Part shown: piece by piece, positions 1-12,369 of the stretch | Layout of the letters: each line of letters opens with the position of its first letter | Numbering within the stretch: position 1 is the first letter of the stretch | From: Ginkgo biloba | Taxonomy: Eukaryota; Plantae; Ginkgophyta | Length of the DNA: 23,270 bases | Assembly: GCA_024626585.2 (NCBI GenBank) | Contig: JANKJI020000002.1 | Location: forward strand, 214,828,075-214,851,344 | Direction of reading: 5' to 3' | Position numbers and translations under genes: made by a program | The notes under the pieces: generated by a model | Database searches by the model: none | What the model was told of the DNA's origin: nothing | Seen by the model: only the letters and a program-made list of their open reading frames with translations

Positions 1-479
1 TGGAAAATATATCACCCATTTATACTTTAGTATTACTAAAGTAGGTATAGTCATCTTAGTGTAAAAAAAAATCTCTAAAGTGAAACAAAATCTTTGTGTG
101 ATTGAAAAACTACGAGAAAAGTAAAATATGAGATATTAATATAATAAGTATAGAAGTATAGCAAGAGTATTAGTTAAGATTTGTGTTTACTTGATACATC
201 AAAACCTCTAATAGATAATGAAAATATTCATGTTGGGACATAGAATAAAAGAATAGATGCATACTATGAATGGGTTCCATTTAGGCATGCATATAATCAT
301 GATTTAAGACATATAAGAAGATTATTTTGTACTTACATTACTTTCATACAAGTTAGGTTTATTTTTTTGATTGGATAATGGTTATTGATCTAGGATCTAA
401 AACTCAACCTTTTCATCTTTGGACTAAGTTTTCAAAAAATCATTAAAAACTAAAGAGAAAAGTAATAGAGTGATAAGGA

Positions 480-1210
480 ATACTTAAGTTGTTCACATAG
501 TAGTAGTCATGTAGGGAATCCATTAGAGTATGCCTGAATAATTTTTAAAGTGATATTATTTTCTAGACTAGGCCATAAGAGTTCTTGGTTCATCATGGAG
601 AGAAATATAAGAGAGATGATAATAAGATTATAAGAAGAAGACAAGAAAATTCTAAACTCTAAAAGTAGATAATTATAATTTATTATGAACTAAACTAATC
701 CCTAGATATAATAATATAGGACAAGGATTTTAAAATGTGGGATACAAGAGAAGTAGGATCTTAGAACCAATACTCTCCATCCTCATGAATATTATTTAAT
801 TTCTTAGAACAACTCTTGTTAACTTCTACTTTAAAAATAAAATTATTTTTTATCCCCTACAATTGATTTTCATCAAAGAGGGTTTTAAGATAGGTCGTTT
901 TATCATTTGGTTATTCTTAAGTGTAAAAGTGGTGTTTATATATCCTCCTATAAATTATTGGCATCTTTATATTCCTTATCCAAATTTTCTAGTTGTTTGT
1001 GTAACTTTTTGAGGGCCTATTTAACTTAATATAATTAGAAAATGAAATTTCCTAAGGATACATTCAAGATTGTATACTAATTAACAAATATAATATTATC
1101 TTATATGATAAATTTATTTTCTTCTTGGAAGAAATTTAGATCAACTAGCTCCTATGATTTTTAAACCTTGAACTTTTTAATTACTTTCAGTAACCTTTCA
1201 ATTGAATGGA
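480..1210 (-). pseudogene. Highly degenerate LINE (L1-like) reverse transcriptase remnant
   Basis: Minus-strand translation gives motifs in correct RT order, with stops and deletions: KIIGAS*SKFLPRR (~1160-1120, cf. IISxxQSGFxPGR), a degenerate QFxDD-like stretch (~960-940), MKIN (~873-862) and PILLYLGISL (720-691, cf. LPxxYLGxPL). Confidence 0.5.
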
Positions 1211-1489
1211 AAATTATTTTAATCAATAAATTTACTTTTTATTTGATCCTCAAACTCAGTTATTTGATGATTTTTTTNNNNNNNNNNNNNNNNNNNNNNN
1301 NNNNNNNNNNNNNNNNNNNNNNNNNNNNNNNNNNNNNNNNNNNNNNNNNNNNNNNNNATGCATAGATAATTCAAATGGGTGAATAAGATGTTTAAAGGTT
1401 CTAATGGTGGAATATTATACATGCCTATATTAGACTTAATAAAAAGTTACAAAATAGATGAGGATCCATCTAGATTAGGATTAAAATTT

Positions 1490-1900
1490 ACATGGTTGTT
1501 CAATGGGTGTGTTAGGATAAGTCTAATAATGTGCATATTTATATAATTAGCAATCACAATAGAGGAGGAAGTGGATGTAGGTTTAGAAACTTATAATATA
1601 ATGATCATGAAATTATTCATTATATATATTTTATGTGATGGTCTAAATGTGAATGATTATTTAATAAATTATCTAGATTGATAGTAGAGCCAAATGGAAA
1701 GATTGTCATGGAGGATAAACATTATGATGTTGAAAGAGGGTGCAATTATTTGGATAGTTTTTCATTAGTGTTCATTAGTATCTTGAAAGAGTTTTGATTT
1801 AAAAAATAAATAAACTTAATACCATATGTTCAATATTTGGGGAGAAGGTGTCAAAAGAGAAAATACATTTGGGAGGTAGTTTGGTGAATATGAAGCTAAT
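1490..1900 (+). pseudogene. Possible degenerate RNase H domain of a plant LINE 3' end
   Basis: WLFNGCVR (1493-), RGGSGCRFRN (1561-1590) and RLIVEPNGKIV (~1675-1708) resemble FDGAxRGN / GxGxVxRD / LIVEGDSxxV in order and roughly in spacing. Catalytic residues are eroded. Confidence 0.35.
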
Positions 1901-3059
1901 GACCATTATAACTACCTTTGATTATTGTAGTGAACAAGGCCTCTGATTGACTAATGGAATACTTTATTTCCTTAAGCATGGTCTCTAATATGTGGTGATT
2001 CTTAAGGGCTCACAAGGATTAGGGAGAGGGTAATAATATAATCAACTACTAGATGACATATACCCTAAAATTTATCCCAACTTGTGTTGAGAGATCTCAA
2101 TAGTAGCAAGGAGAAAGAAAGCCTTTGATTAACTATCCATACCTCTCCATGGAATGAATAAAAAATTATCTTAATTTATGAATTTATCCCATTAAATTGT
2201 ATGAATTGATCAACATAAATCAAACATTCCATGTTCCTCACCTAATTCTCATAATTGAATTCATTTAACCTTTGAATGGACTAAAATGGACTTATATCTT
2301 TGCTCTTCAAATACCTTTCCACCAACCCTTATTCATATTTCCAAGTGATAAAAAAAGAGGAAACATTAATACTACTATCCCTTATAATACATTATCAAGA
2401 TTGATCAATGTGATCACTATTGATCTTCGACAATGCATCCTTTTTAAAGTGAAAAGGGTATAACTTGAGCATTTGCAACGTGAATTGACAATAATTCTTC
2501 AATACTTCACTATGTAATATTATCGACTAAAACCAATGTATATATAACCTATTATATTGTATGATTTGAGAAACCACATGCACTGTTAAAAACATCAATA
2601 TAAACAAAGGAAAAAACTTATAGGTTATTACTTGGTAGACCTTGGATCAAGGAAATANNNNNNNNNNNNNNNNNNNNNNNNNNNNNNNNNNNNNNNNNNN
2701 NNNNNNNNNNNNNNNNNNNNNNNNNNNNNNNNNNNNNNNNNNNNNNNNNNNNNNNNNCAATATAAACCTAGAAACCCATTATTTAATCATTTTAAAACAC
2801 CATAGAGCCTATCTTATAATAGAAAGTCCCCTTTTTAGGCCACATAAGGATACTAAATGACATTTTAATTAATTATGTATTCAAAATTTTATGGGCATGC
2901 ATAGTTAACCTTTGTCCTCAACTTACCAAGTTAATGTTTGCCTTCATAAAACACCAACATATAATTGGATAGAATCTACTATTAAAATAAATGCAAGTAT
3001 TTAGTAATAGTCATATGGGTCAATGATACTTTTAAATGAAGCTGAACCTATAAAACATA

Positions 3060-3620
3060 TATGATCATTATAGGCAATAATGAATAATTAGAAGAAAAAT
3101 AGATCTCAAAGGATTCTTCTTGATCTCTCTACTATTCCAATGTGTCCTATTCCATTCTTACTACATATTTTTTCATTATTTTTTCTATTACAAATCAAAC
3201 AAATAGCCATAGAGAAACATGTACTCCATGTAGAATGAGGTTACTCAAAGAATCCTATGCCACAATATCTTATTCTAAATCAATATTAAGAGTTTTATAA
3301 ACCCCATAATTTATTATTCCCATATAAAGGATTATTTACCTATATTCAAATATTCTTGGAAAATAAAGTCATTGGGATAAGATAAAAATAATATAAAATC
3401 ACCTCACACTACACACATTTGACTCCACATATATGAAATTTCTTATACACATATATAAAAGACCACAAATATATGTAGAAGGACCAATATAAACCTAAAA
3501 TTAATATAAAAATTGGATAAATTTATGAAGAGGAAGATAAACATCAATGAATATATGCATATTTTACTACTTCTATTACAATTAAGGATCAAATGATTAA
3601 GAATTCTAGAAATTTAACTC
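3060..3620 (-). pseudogene. Highly degenerate LINE reverse transcriptase remnant
   Basis: Minus strand reads LNIDLE*DIVA*DSL (~3290-3245, cf. LKIDLEKAYDRVxWDFL), then SREIKKNPL and LFIIA (~3135-3070, cf. SRGIRQGDPLSPxLFII). Weaker upstream similarity to the QxGF and RPISL motifs. Confidence 0.45.
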
Positions 3621-6600
3621 AAAATAAACCAAATACCTAAATTGGAGAATCAAATAAATTCTAGAATCTCCTTCATTAAAATGTCCTTCAATAAATTTAT
3701 AGTATTATTGAATAATAAATGTTGAATACATGGCTAGAGATGCCTTATTACACAATACAAATATTTCTAATGCCTAGAGAAATGACTTGATACAATTTTA
3801 AAAATTAATTCTACGATAAAATTTCCTCATAGAATCTATTAGAGTTACATAATAATTAATAATTATAATGGAAAATAAAAAAAACCATTAGTTGATACCT
3901 AAGTCACAAGGTACGTCAATGTTTTTAATAAATTTGTTTAAAATCATTTTTCTAACGGGTCAAATAAGTTTGCCGAACAACAATGATTTTTTTAAGACAA
4001 TAGTCAAAGCATTGACTGACAAGAAAATGAAAATTTGGCCCTCATCTTGTACAAATTGAGTTTGATGACTATGTCTCAGCTTTAGGCTACTCTATGTTGG
4101 GTCTTAGGATTGATTAACATATTGCAGTGTGCNNNNNNNNNNTAGGTTATTTGTGTCACTATGGCATCTTAGGTCAAGGCTAGCTATGCACCATCTCATA
4201 GAGTTGGTTGTGTGAAGAGGAGCATAGGGAGAACACAACATATTAAATTATAGAAGGGAGAAGTTGTATTCACTACACCCAAGTCCATCAATGATTCATC
4301 TCAGAGATCTTTGGTTTTTAATTTTGTTTCTCTTTTTTTTATTTGTCAAAACTAGACAAGATTTCTTATTTACTTGTAGTTGCCTATGNNNNNNNNNNNN
4401 NNNNNNNNNNNNNNNNNNNNNNNNNNNNNNNNNNNNNNNNNNNNNNNNNNNNNNNNNNNNNNNNNNNNNNNNNNNNNNNNNNNNNNNNTAAAAAGTGGTA
4501 GGAAAATTTTTAAATGATAACTCAATATTTATGTAATGATTCTCTCTTTTATTTTATTCTATAAGCGTAAAATATGGATAATTGAGGATTGTTTACCTTT
4601 GAATCATTAGGAGGATACTAAATAAGGATGGGAAACCCTTTGAGTGGTTGGTAATCACTTTATACTCATTGCTTTGTATGGGTCCCCTTTTATAGCCTAG
4701 CTTTCATGTATTGTTAGATTACATAGATTCAACTTGCGATCCATAGATATAAAAGAGCATGCGTCATTAAGGTAAAGATTTATAATTGTAACTCTATAAA
4801 TGTAATGACATATACTAATAAATTAAGGCCATGAATGTTATAATATCACTTTCAAGTGGATTTATTAGTCTATAATACATTTTTGGGTATTTTATGACCG
4901 ATTAACATTGTGAAGTCAATGGATAATATTACCAATATGTGATTTGAATAAAAAGATAGAAAACTAATTAGGTGATCAATGGAGAATATATATCTTTGTT
5001 ACTCTATATGTGATGAGTACTCATGAATATTTTGTATAGTACACGTAAATGTTAGGGTGTTGATTGATAGCTTATTCCAATACATAAGAATGTGTAGGTT
5101 GTCATGAGTTATTAGTGAGTGAAAGGTTCAAATATTTTTGACCAAAATGGGCAAATATAGTCATAACCTATGGTAGGAACAAAGAAAATTAAATAGGAAC
5201 AATTCCTTAGAATTGTATCTATTTATAAATTTCTTTATCGGTAAGTATTAGAGTTTATCACTTGGTTGGTTAGTTCAACTAGTTTATCAATGGTAAGAAA
5301 ATTCATTACATCATTGGTTAAACAAGGGATAAAAATGGGTAATACATGTAAGAGGCATAGACAATAGTTTTTATAATACATATTTTGGATGATATGACTA
5401 TAATGGACTAAGGGAAATCACATTTAGTGGTAATAACAAAAGGGATCTTCTCGATATGTGGAGTTTTTAGGAGGAGCTAAGAGTAGAGAATTACTGATCA
5501 ATCCAAATGGCTTATCGATGATAAGAAACATAACTAAAAAGTTAAATTTTAGAGCAATTCTATTTTCATTAATTTATGAAAAACTACATTAAAAAATAAT
5601 GCAAAAAACTAGGGTTTCAAAATATACTTACAATTTATGGAAACTTAACGATTCAAATTAAGAAGCTAAAGATCCCAAAACTGTACAAGGGTCAAAACGT
5701 CTTAGCTTGGCCTATGTAAGGCTTACGACTTGCTTTAGAGAGTCGAATAGAGCACTAAATGTTTACAAAAATTAGTCGTTGGGTATGGGGAAGCCCTATG
5801 ACTTCTTCTAGATGTTCTTTGGGCCAAAATCTTGAGTGAATCTTTCTAAGACCTACAATCAAGTTGTCTTACCCTGTAAAAACGATCTGAGAAATTCTTC
5901 ACAGAAAATTAGGAAGTCAATATAATGATAGTAACTGAGCTCTGATTACGAAAAAAGTAGCTATAGTAAAAATCACAACCTCTATTGTTAAGTCTCACAC
6001 CCAAGATGTAGAATATAAATAGTAAGATGAAAACACCTTGTAGAAAGATATTATAGAGATGATGTTAGGGGTTGCTTAAGCCCAAATAATTCCCNNNNNN
6101 NNNNNNNNNNNNNNNNNNNNNNNNNNNNNNNNNNNNNNNNNNNNNNNNNNNNNNNNNNNNNNNNNNNNNNNNNNNNNNNNNNNNNNNNNNNNNNNNNNNN
6201 NNNNNNNNNNNNNNNNNNNNNNNNNNNNNNNNNNNNNNNNNNNNNNNNNNNNNNNNNNNNNNNNNNNNNNNNNNNNNNNNNNNNNNNNNNNNNNNNNNNN
6301 NNNNNNNNNNNNNNNNNNNNNNNNNNNNNNNNNNNNNNNNNNNNNNNNNNNNNNNNNNNNNNNNNNNNNNNNNNNNNNNNNNNNNNNNNNNNNNNNNNNN
6401 NNNNNNNNNNNNNNNNNNNNNNNNNNNNNNNNNNNNNNNNNNNNNNNNNNNNNNNNNNNNNNNNNNNNNNNNNNNNNNNNNNNNNNNNNNNNNNNNNNNN
6501 NNNNNNNNNNNNNNNNNNNNNNNNNNNNNNNNNNNNNNNNNNNNNNNNNNNNNNNNNNNNNNNNNNNNNNNNNNNNNNNNNNNNNNNNNNNNNNNNNNNN

Positions 6601-7087
6601 NNNNNNNNNNNNNNNNNNNNNNNNNNNNNNNNNNNNNNNNNNNNNNNNNNNNNNNNNNNNNNNNNNNNNNNNNNNNNNNNNNNNNNNNNNNNNNGAAAAT
6701 CTTAAGGATTTACTTTTTTTTTTTTTTTTTAATTTCTTGAAAAATATTTTTAACATATAAAATAAGTAACATATACATTATAGATGAATGTTTTGGTAAA
6801 ATATTTTTTTTTTCTAAATTTAGAAAACAAACTAAGATTTTTTATTAAAACTAAAAAATTGATGATTTGTCTAGAAAAAAAATTCCTATTGGCAAATCTT
6901 ATTTTTAAAAATTTTATAAAAAAGTATCCAATTGGCTATATATAACCTATAATATTTTCCATACTAAGTACTTACATTAGTCCTAAAGGTCAATAAAAAC
7001 TATAGGGCCTAAGATGACTTGTGGGGTCTATAATGAGGCCTCAAAATGAATAATTTTTCTTGAAAAGAATTTTTATTTTTCATTGGG

Positions 7088-8120
7088 CCTCACTTTTATA
7101 GCATAACTACATCATTACATGCTTTAACAAAAGGGGAGGAAAAGTTTGTTTGGAAAAAATCCCAAGAACAAGTGTATAATAAATTGAAGAAGAAGATCTA
7201 TGAAGCACCTATGTTGGGTCTTCTAAATCTGTAGAAGCCATTTGAAATTGAAGTAGATGCATCAGGTTATATATTGGGGGTTGTATTAATGTAGGAAAGG
7301 AGACCAATTATATATCACTTAGAGACTTTAATAGGGGCCATCCTGAAGTATTCAACATATAATAAGGATATTTTTCTTTGTATCATACCATGAAGAATTG
7401 GAGGGATTGTATTCTTGATAAAGAGACGATGATTCAAATTGACCATAAGACACTTAAATTTATATAGACTTAATCAATGATGCAACAAGCCAGGAATGCT
7501 AAGTGGGTGTCATATCTAAAATAGTTTAACTTGGTAATAAAGTATAATAAGGGATCAACAAACTAGATTATCGACATATTTTTGAGACCTCCAAGAGAAA
7601 CTTCTTTGATGATACTCATGCGTGTACAACCTTTTCCATTGGAATACTTTTGTATGCATTATAATGCCAATAAATATCTTCATTAGATTATAATGGCATT
7701 GTAAAACGGGGAGCGACGACTCGACTATCACTTACAAGAAGGTTTGTTGTACCAAAATAATAAGTTGCGTATCTCTGTCATGAAATGTCAAGTAACCATT
7801 ATGAGAGAAGCCCATACTTCCAAGGTGTTAGGACAATTTGGAGTTGATAAAACACTCGTCAATTTACAAAGGTATGTGTATTGTATGTGGATGTTGATAG
7901 ATGTCACCAAGTTTATAAGGGGATGTGTACTTTGCAGTGTCTCAAAGCCTGCCAATAGCAAGTTGGGTTTGTACACTCTATTACTAGTACTAAGCTTATC
8001 GTAAAAAAGCATATCCATAGATGTTGTGGGTAAAAAACCCATCCATTCTCATTGGTGTATTTGGCAGTTGACATGGCGGTCACATTTTGTGTTAGTGACC
8101 GGTTCACCCACATAGCATCC
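7088..8120 (+). pseudogene. Ty3/gypsy LTR retrotransposon pol remnant: RT connection, RNase H, integrase zinc-binding and start of core (chromovirus-like)
   Basis: Translation gives LHALTKGEEKFVWKKSQEQ...EAPMLGLLNL*KPFEIEVDASGY...LKYSTYNKD...IDHKTL...AKWVSYL...FNLVIKY, then REAHTSKVLGQFGVDKT...FIRGCVLCSVSKP (ORF 7744-8004, HHCC region), SISIDVVG and DRF (~8100). The RT-RH-INT order is diagnostic of Ty3/gypsy. Multiple stops and frameshifts. Confidence 0.93.
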
Positions 8121-8269
8121 TTATGGGCATTTTATTCCATGTCATGATATTTATTTATTGGGCTAAGTTCCCCATTTTGTATTTAGATTGTATTATGAGT
8201 AGTCGATTGCATTTTGTATTGTTTAAAGCAAACTTTCTTTTCAAATTCATTATTGTAGTTGTGGTTGTT

Positions 8270-8636
8270 AAGAGGGGATGGCTCAAGTATATTAAGCCAT
8301 ATTATTGACCTCATTATTTTAATATTTTTAATAATTTATGTAATTTTTTTAGAGGACTTCCATTCTTGGGAGACACCTCTCACTCGTGCACTTTGAGATT
8401 TTTGGGATTTTTGATTTGTGTAGGAGAGCTTGGTATGAGAGGGGAGAATAGTTATTTTTTTATATGAGAAGAAAACATGGAGTGTCAGGAGATTCTATTT
8501 TTGGACATGAGGAGGAGTTTTTATTTTTGTAGTTGACAGAGTAGTTGATGTGGAGCAGACCTGCAACATTCTATAGAGCAACATCTAGTTTTTAGTTGGT
8601 TTCCAACCATTGTACCCCCCCCCTATGGTTTATTCA
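8270..8636 (+). repeat. Putative polypurine tract and 3' LTR of the upstream gypsy element
   Basis: Purine run AAGAGGGGA (8270-8278) is followed by TG at 8279, downstream of the integrase. Non-coding sequence continues to a candidate ...TTATTCA end at 8636. No second LTR copy is visible to confirm it. Confidence 0.35.
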
Positions 8637-10020
8637 TGTATTTGGATAAAAAAAAAGGAATAAAAATCAAGTTGACAATTTCAGTTCAAATTAAATAGAA
8701 GTGGAATGTATTGATAGAAAGAACCTGGATACAAGCTTGAGTTTGGAGTGTCTGCCTCTGTCTTGGCTTGGCCCAAACCTGCTCCTTCGACCTTGAACAA
8801 GAAATCACTTATCGGCATGTTTCAGATTAATCGAATATGCAAAATCAAAATAGGTGATATTACATCGAGGAAAGTCCGAAAAGTGATGGGCAATAGTAAA
8901 GGTAGTATCGTGAAACACATTTACTGGAGTCAGGTAAGAAAAAACACACAAGATATGAATGCTAAATGACATATGAAGAGTTATAGCTCATCCCGAATGG
9001 ACCCAGAGTCACCTAAACATTGCATATGACCAAAAGGCTCATTGTCTTGGCTCCTTTGATTTATTAACTATAGACTTTGATTCAACCTTTGAGAAAATAA
9101 AAGAAATTGATGGCATCTCTGTGTGACAGTGGCGCAGTGCTACACCTTTGAAAAAATAAACCACAAATCCTTGTCTGATGCACCAGTGCTTAGTAAGGCA
9201 ACCCATCCAGAGGTGGAATAAGAGCGATCTCACTGGGGATAACAAAATAGTTGAGTAGTGTCTTTAACACTGCCAATTCATTGAAAATTATTGGAAAATA
9301 GAGAAACACATAGGGACTGATGGTGAACGGTATAAAAGTGATGAATTTTTTAAGTAGAATGCATGGGAATCCTCCAAGATAGAGGCACTAATTGATGGAG
9401 TAATTTCATAGAAAAAAAACTTCACATAGAGAACAGATTGAACATAGTTTAATGGTAAAACTGGGATTGAGGATAAATAGATAGGTTATTTTCAAAAAGT
9501 ATGAAGGGATCCCTATGTTAAATCTGAGGGAAAGAGCCGATCTTTAGGAATATATGAGAGGGATGAGATAAATGATGAATTTTAGTAGAAAACAGGTGAT
9601 ATAGAGTGCTCAACAGTATAAATAAAACTTTGAGGGAGATTATAATCAAATATTCCCTAGTACTAGGACTGAGGTGAAATAGGTAGCTACCTCAAAGAGC
9701 AGTAGTTTAAATCTATAACCAATTGTGCATGCCTTGATTTATGTATTCTCTTCCCTTCATAGATCTCCTCTCTGTATCTTGTCTAACCATTGGGCAGGCC
9801 CAAATGGCCTCCCTTTGTATACCTCAAAAACTCAACTGCTCAACCAACANNNNNNNNNNNNNNNNNNNNNNNNNNNNNNNNNNNNNNNNNNNNNNNNNNN
9901 NNNNNNNNNNNNNNNNNNNNNNNNNNNNNNNNNNNNNNNNNNNNNNNNNGAGTTAATAATTTTTTGAGACTTCGGATGTTAGAGTTTGGGGGTGGAAAGT
10001 GGAAGCGCCTTGTGATAACT

Positions 10021-10576
10021 TGTTGGGAAAACCCTAAAAACTTTTTCCTGAATAATAAAATCATAATATTATATCTAAAGGAGGGACCCATGGAAGATAA
10101 TGGATTTAAAGTAATTTGTTATCAACAATTTTACTACCTCTAGATGATTCAACTACTAAAAATGGTTAGGATAACTAGAGAGNNNNNNNNNNNNNNNNNN
10201 NNNNNNNNNNNNNNNNNNNNNNNNAAGAAGAGGATAAATATATCTAAAGAGTGTGAAAGAGTTTGTGGGAATTAAAAATAAATACATACCATTATGAAAA
10301 TAATTACTCTGTAAATCTCTATGGATTGAATTCCTTGATAGAATCATAGGCATAGGGTTGTAAATCCCTATTGAGTTAAAACTTAATACAAGTTTGGACT
10401 TTTATTCTCTAAGAGAATTTTTCTAGTAAAAAATGTTTGAAAATGTGTATAAAATTGTGTGTGTATCCATTTTCTATGTTCTTGAATCTTGTAAATTCAA
10501 GTTTGCAGGATCACACACACTTATAGACACAATAGTGTTTAATATTTAAAATTCAAAAAATATGTAATTAACCACA
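10021..10576 (+). repeat. Possible LTR or solo-LTR-like segment
   Basis: Begins TGTTGGG (10021) and ends ...ACCACA (10576) followed by TTGGT, which weakly resembles a tRNA-Met PBS start. It is non-coding with a TG-rich 3' part. No TSD or partner LTR seen. Confidence 0.25.
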
Positions 10577-11184
10577 TTGGTTTATTTTGAATCATCCATT
10601 GAGATAAAAATCATATATTCAAATCCTCTATGGTCAATTTTATTATACTTATAACATATTTCTTGTCTTATACCTCTATATTCATCTCACTAGCAATCTC
10701 CACATCTACCTTGTTCATGTTTTTCTATTAAAATGAGTTTACTATCCTTAAAATTTATTTATTTATAGGTTCTATATGTATTTAGTTGTGTTATGAATAT
10801 TAAATTAATAAATAGCATAAAATATTGAGTCCCTTATCTAATAATCTAGTTGGTTCCTTGGATTCCTTGAACAAGTTCATTTTGAATACCTATAACATTA
10901 ATGGATTTATTAAAAATTTAGTTCTATTTGCATGCAAACATTACCCTTGATCAATGTTAATGATGTTTTCCTCATTATTCATATGTCATTCAACTGTTCA
11001 TTCAACACACCATCCTTCTTCTCAAGATAGTCTTATCATTGACAGTTCTCTTAACTAAATTTATATTTGTTTAATTTATGATTCTAGTCAACATATTATC
11101 ATTAATGATTTTCCCCAATAACCTTTATATTTTATCCTGATTGATTAACTTAAAAATTTCTCATAGTATTTGATTTATTATAGT

Positions 11185-11607
11185 TTAAATTCAATCCTTA
11201 CCCTTATAAATAACCCCATGATAAATCATTCTCTATGCTAATATTTTTTATAAATAAAGGAAATATGACTTAATTAAACTTTGAATCTTCTGCCATATGC
11301 CATAATTATCTCTCCATGAGTTTGTTTGACTTCCTTAAAATATTTCATCGACTAATGATTCAATTTTGGATATAAAAATATGGTTCTAAAATTATCTTCA
11401 ACCTTCACCAACATATCCATTTCTCTTATAATTCCTTACGACTTCAAGGACTAATCTAGTGCTCATCCTCTTAATAACAACATAAAATTTGTAACCTTCC
11501 TCTATTTGTTGACCAATCCTCTAATATCCTATATTATATGGCACATAAAATAACACTATTTTTTTCTCACCTATCCCATAATATATTGGTAAAATATCCA
11601 ATGGATC
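11185..11607 (-). pseudogene. Ty3/gypsy gag (Retrotrans_gag-like capsid) remnant
   Basis: Minus strand reads DPLDILPIYYGIGE...CHII*DIRG...LLLRG*ALD*SLK...FKEVKQTHGEIIMAYGRRFKV*LS...HRE*FIMGLFIRVR. This matches the LRGxAxxW and QxxxESxxxYxxRF...FxxGL gag motifs. Confidence 0.75.
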
Positions 11608-12369
11608 ATAGATCAATACCCTTAGTCTCTTCTTGTGTTGATTTTGATTCATCTTTTGTTAATGTGTTTGTGTACTAGATTTTGTTTCTAAACTACANNN
11701 NNNNNNNTGTAATTTTCTAGTATCTAGATCACCTTATTTTTTATTTATGTACTCCTTTCATTGAATTTAAATTTTATAATGTCTTATTACCCTTAATTTT
11801 CTCCTTAATTTTATGTAATTAGCACTATTAATTCTCCATCGGCCAGTAATCAATTATCTACCTTTAGTTTCCTCTAATTTTGTTCTTATTATTCTAACTC
11901 TATATCTCTTATTTGATTTCTTTTCTCATACTATTCATATTTTTATGTCATTATTACTTTCATATTCTCACAACAAATTCATTTCTTATATTAATTGCAT
12001 CCTATTACCTTCTCTCCTCAATCTTATCATCAATTGTATCTTCCTCCATGTTTTGGAGAGTTATCTCTCATCTCTCTCTATATTTTTCAAAATAAAAACT
12101 AGTATGTATATATTAAAAAAGGGCATATTATAATNNNNNNNNNNNNNNNNNNNNNNNNNNNNNNNNNNNNNNNNNNNNNNNNNNNNNNNNNNNNNNNNNN
12201 NNNNNNNNNNNNNNNNNNNNNNNNNNNNNNNNNNNNNNNNNNNNNNNNNNNNNNNNNNNNNNNNNNNNNNNNNNNNNNNNNNNNNNNNNNNNNNNNNNNN
12301 NNNNNNNNNNNNNNNNNNNNNNNNNNNNNNNNNNNNNNNNNNNNNNNNNNNNNNNATTGGTAGATTTCC

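Noticed and set aside
4489-6094. Possible transposase or LTR remnant (e.g. RHRQ*FL near 5352; AAACCCTAG-like motif on the minus strand near 5610)
   Set aside because: These are isolated short motifs with no ordered support.
6714-6730. T17 run, a possible minus-strand poly(A) tail
   Set aside because: No associated element body or TSD, and it lies next to a gap in low-complexity AT-rich DNA.
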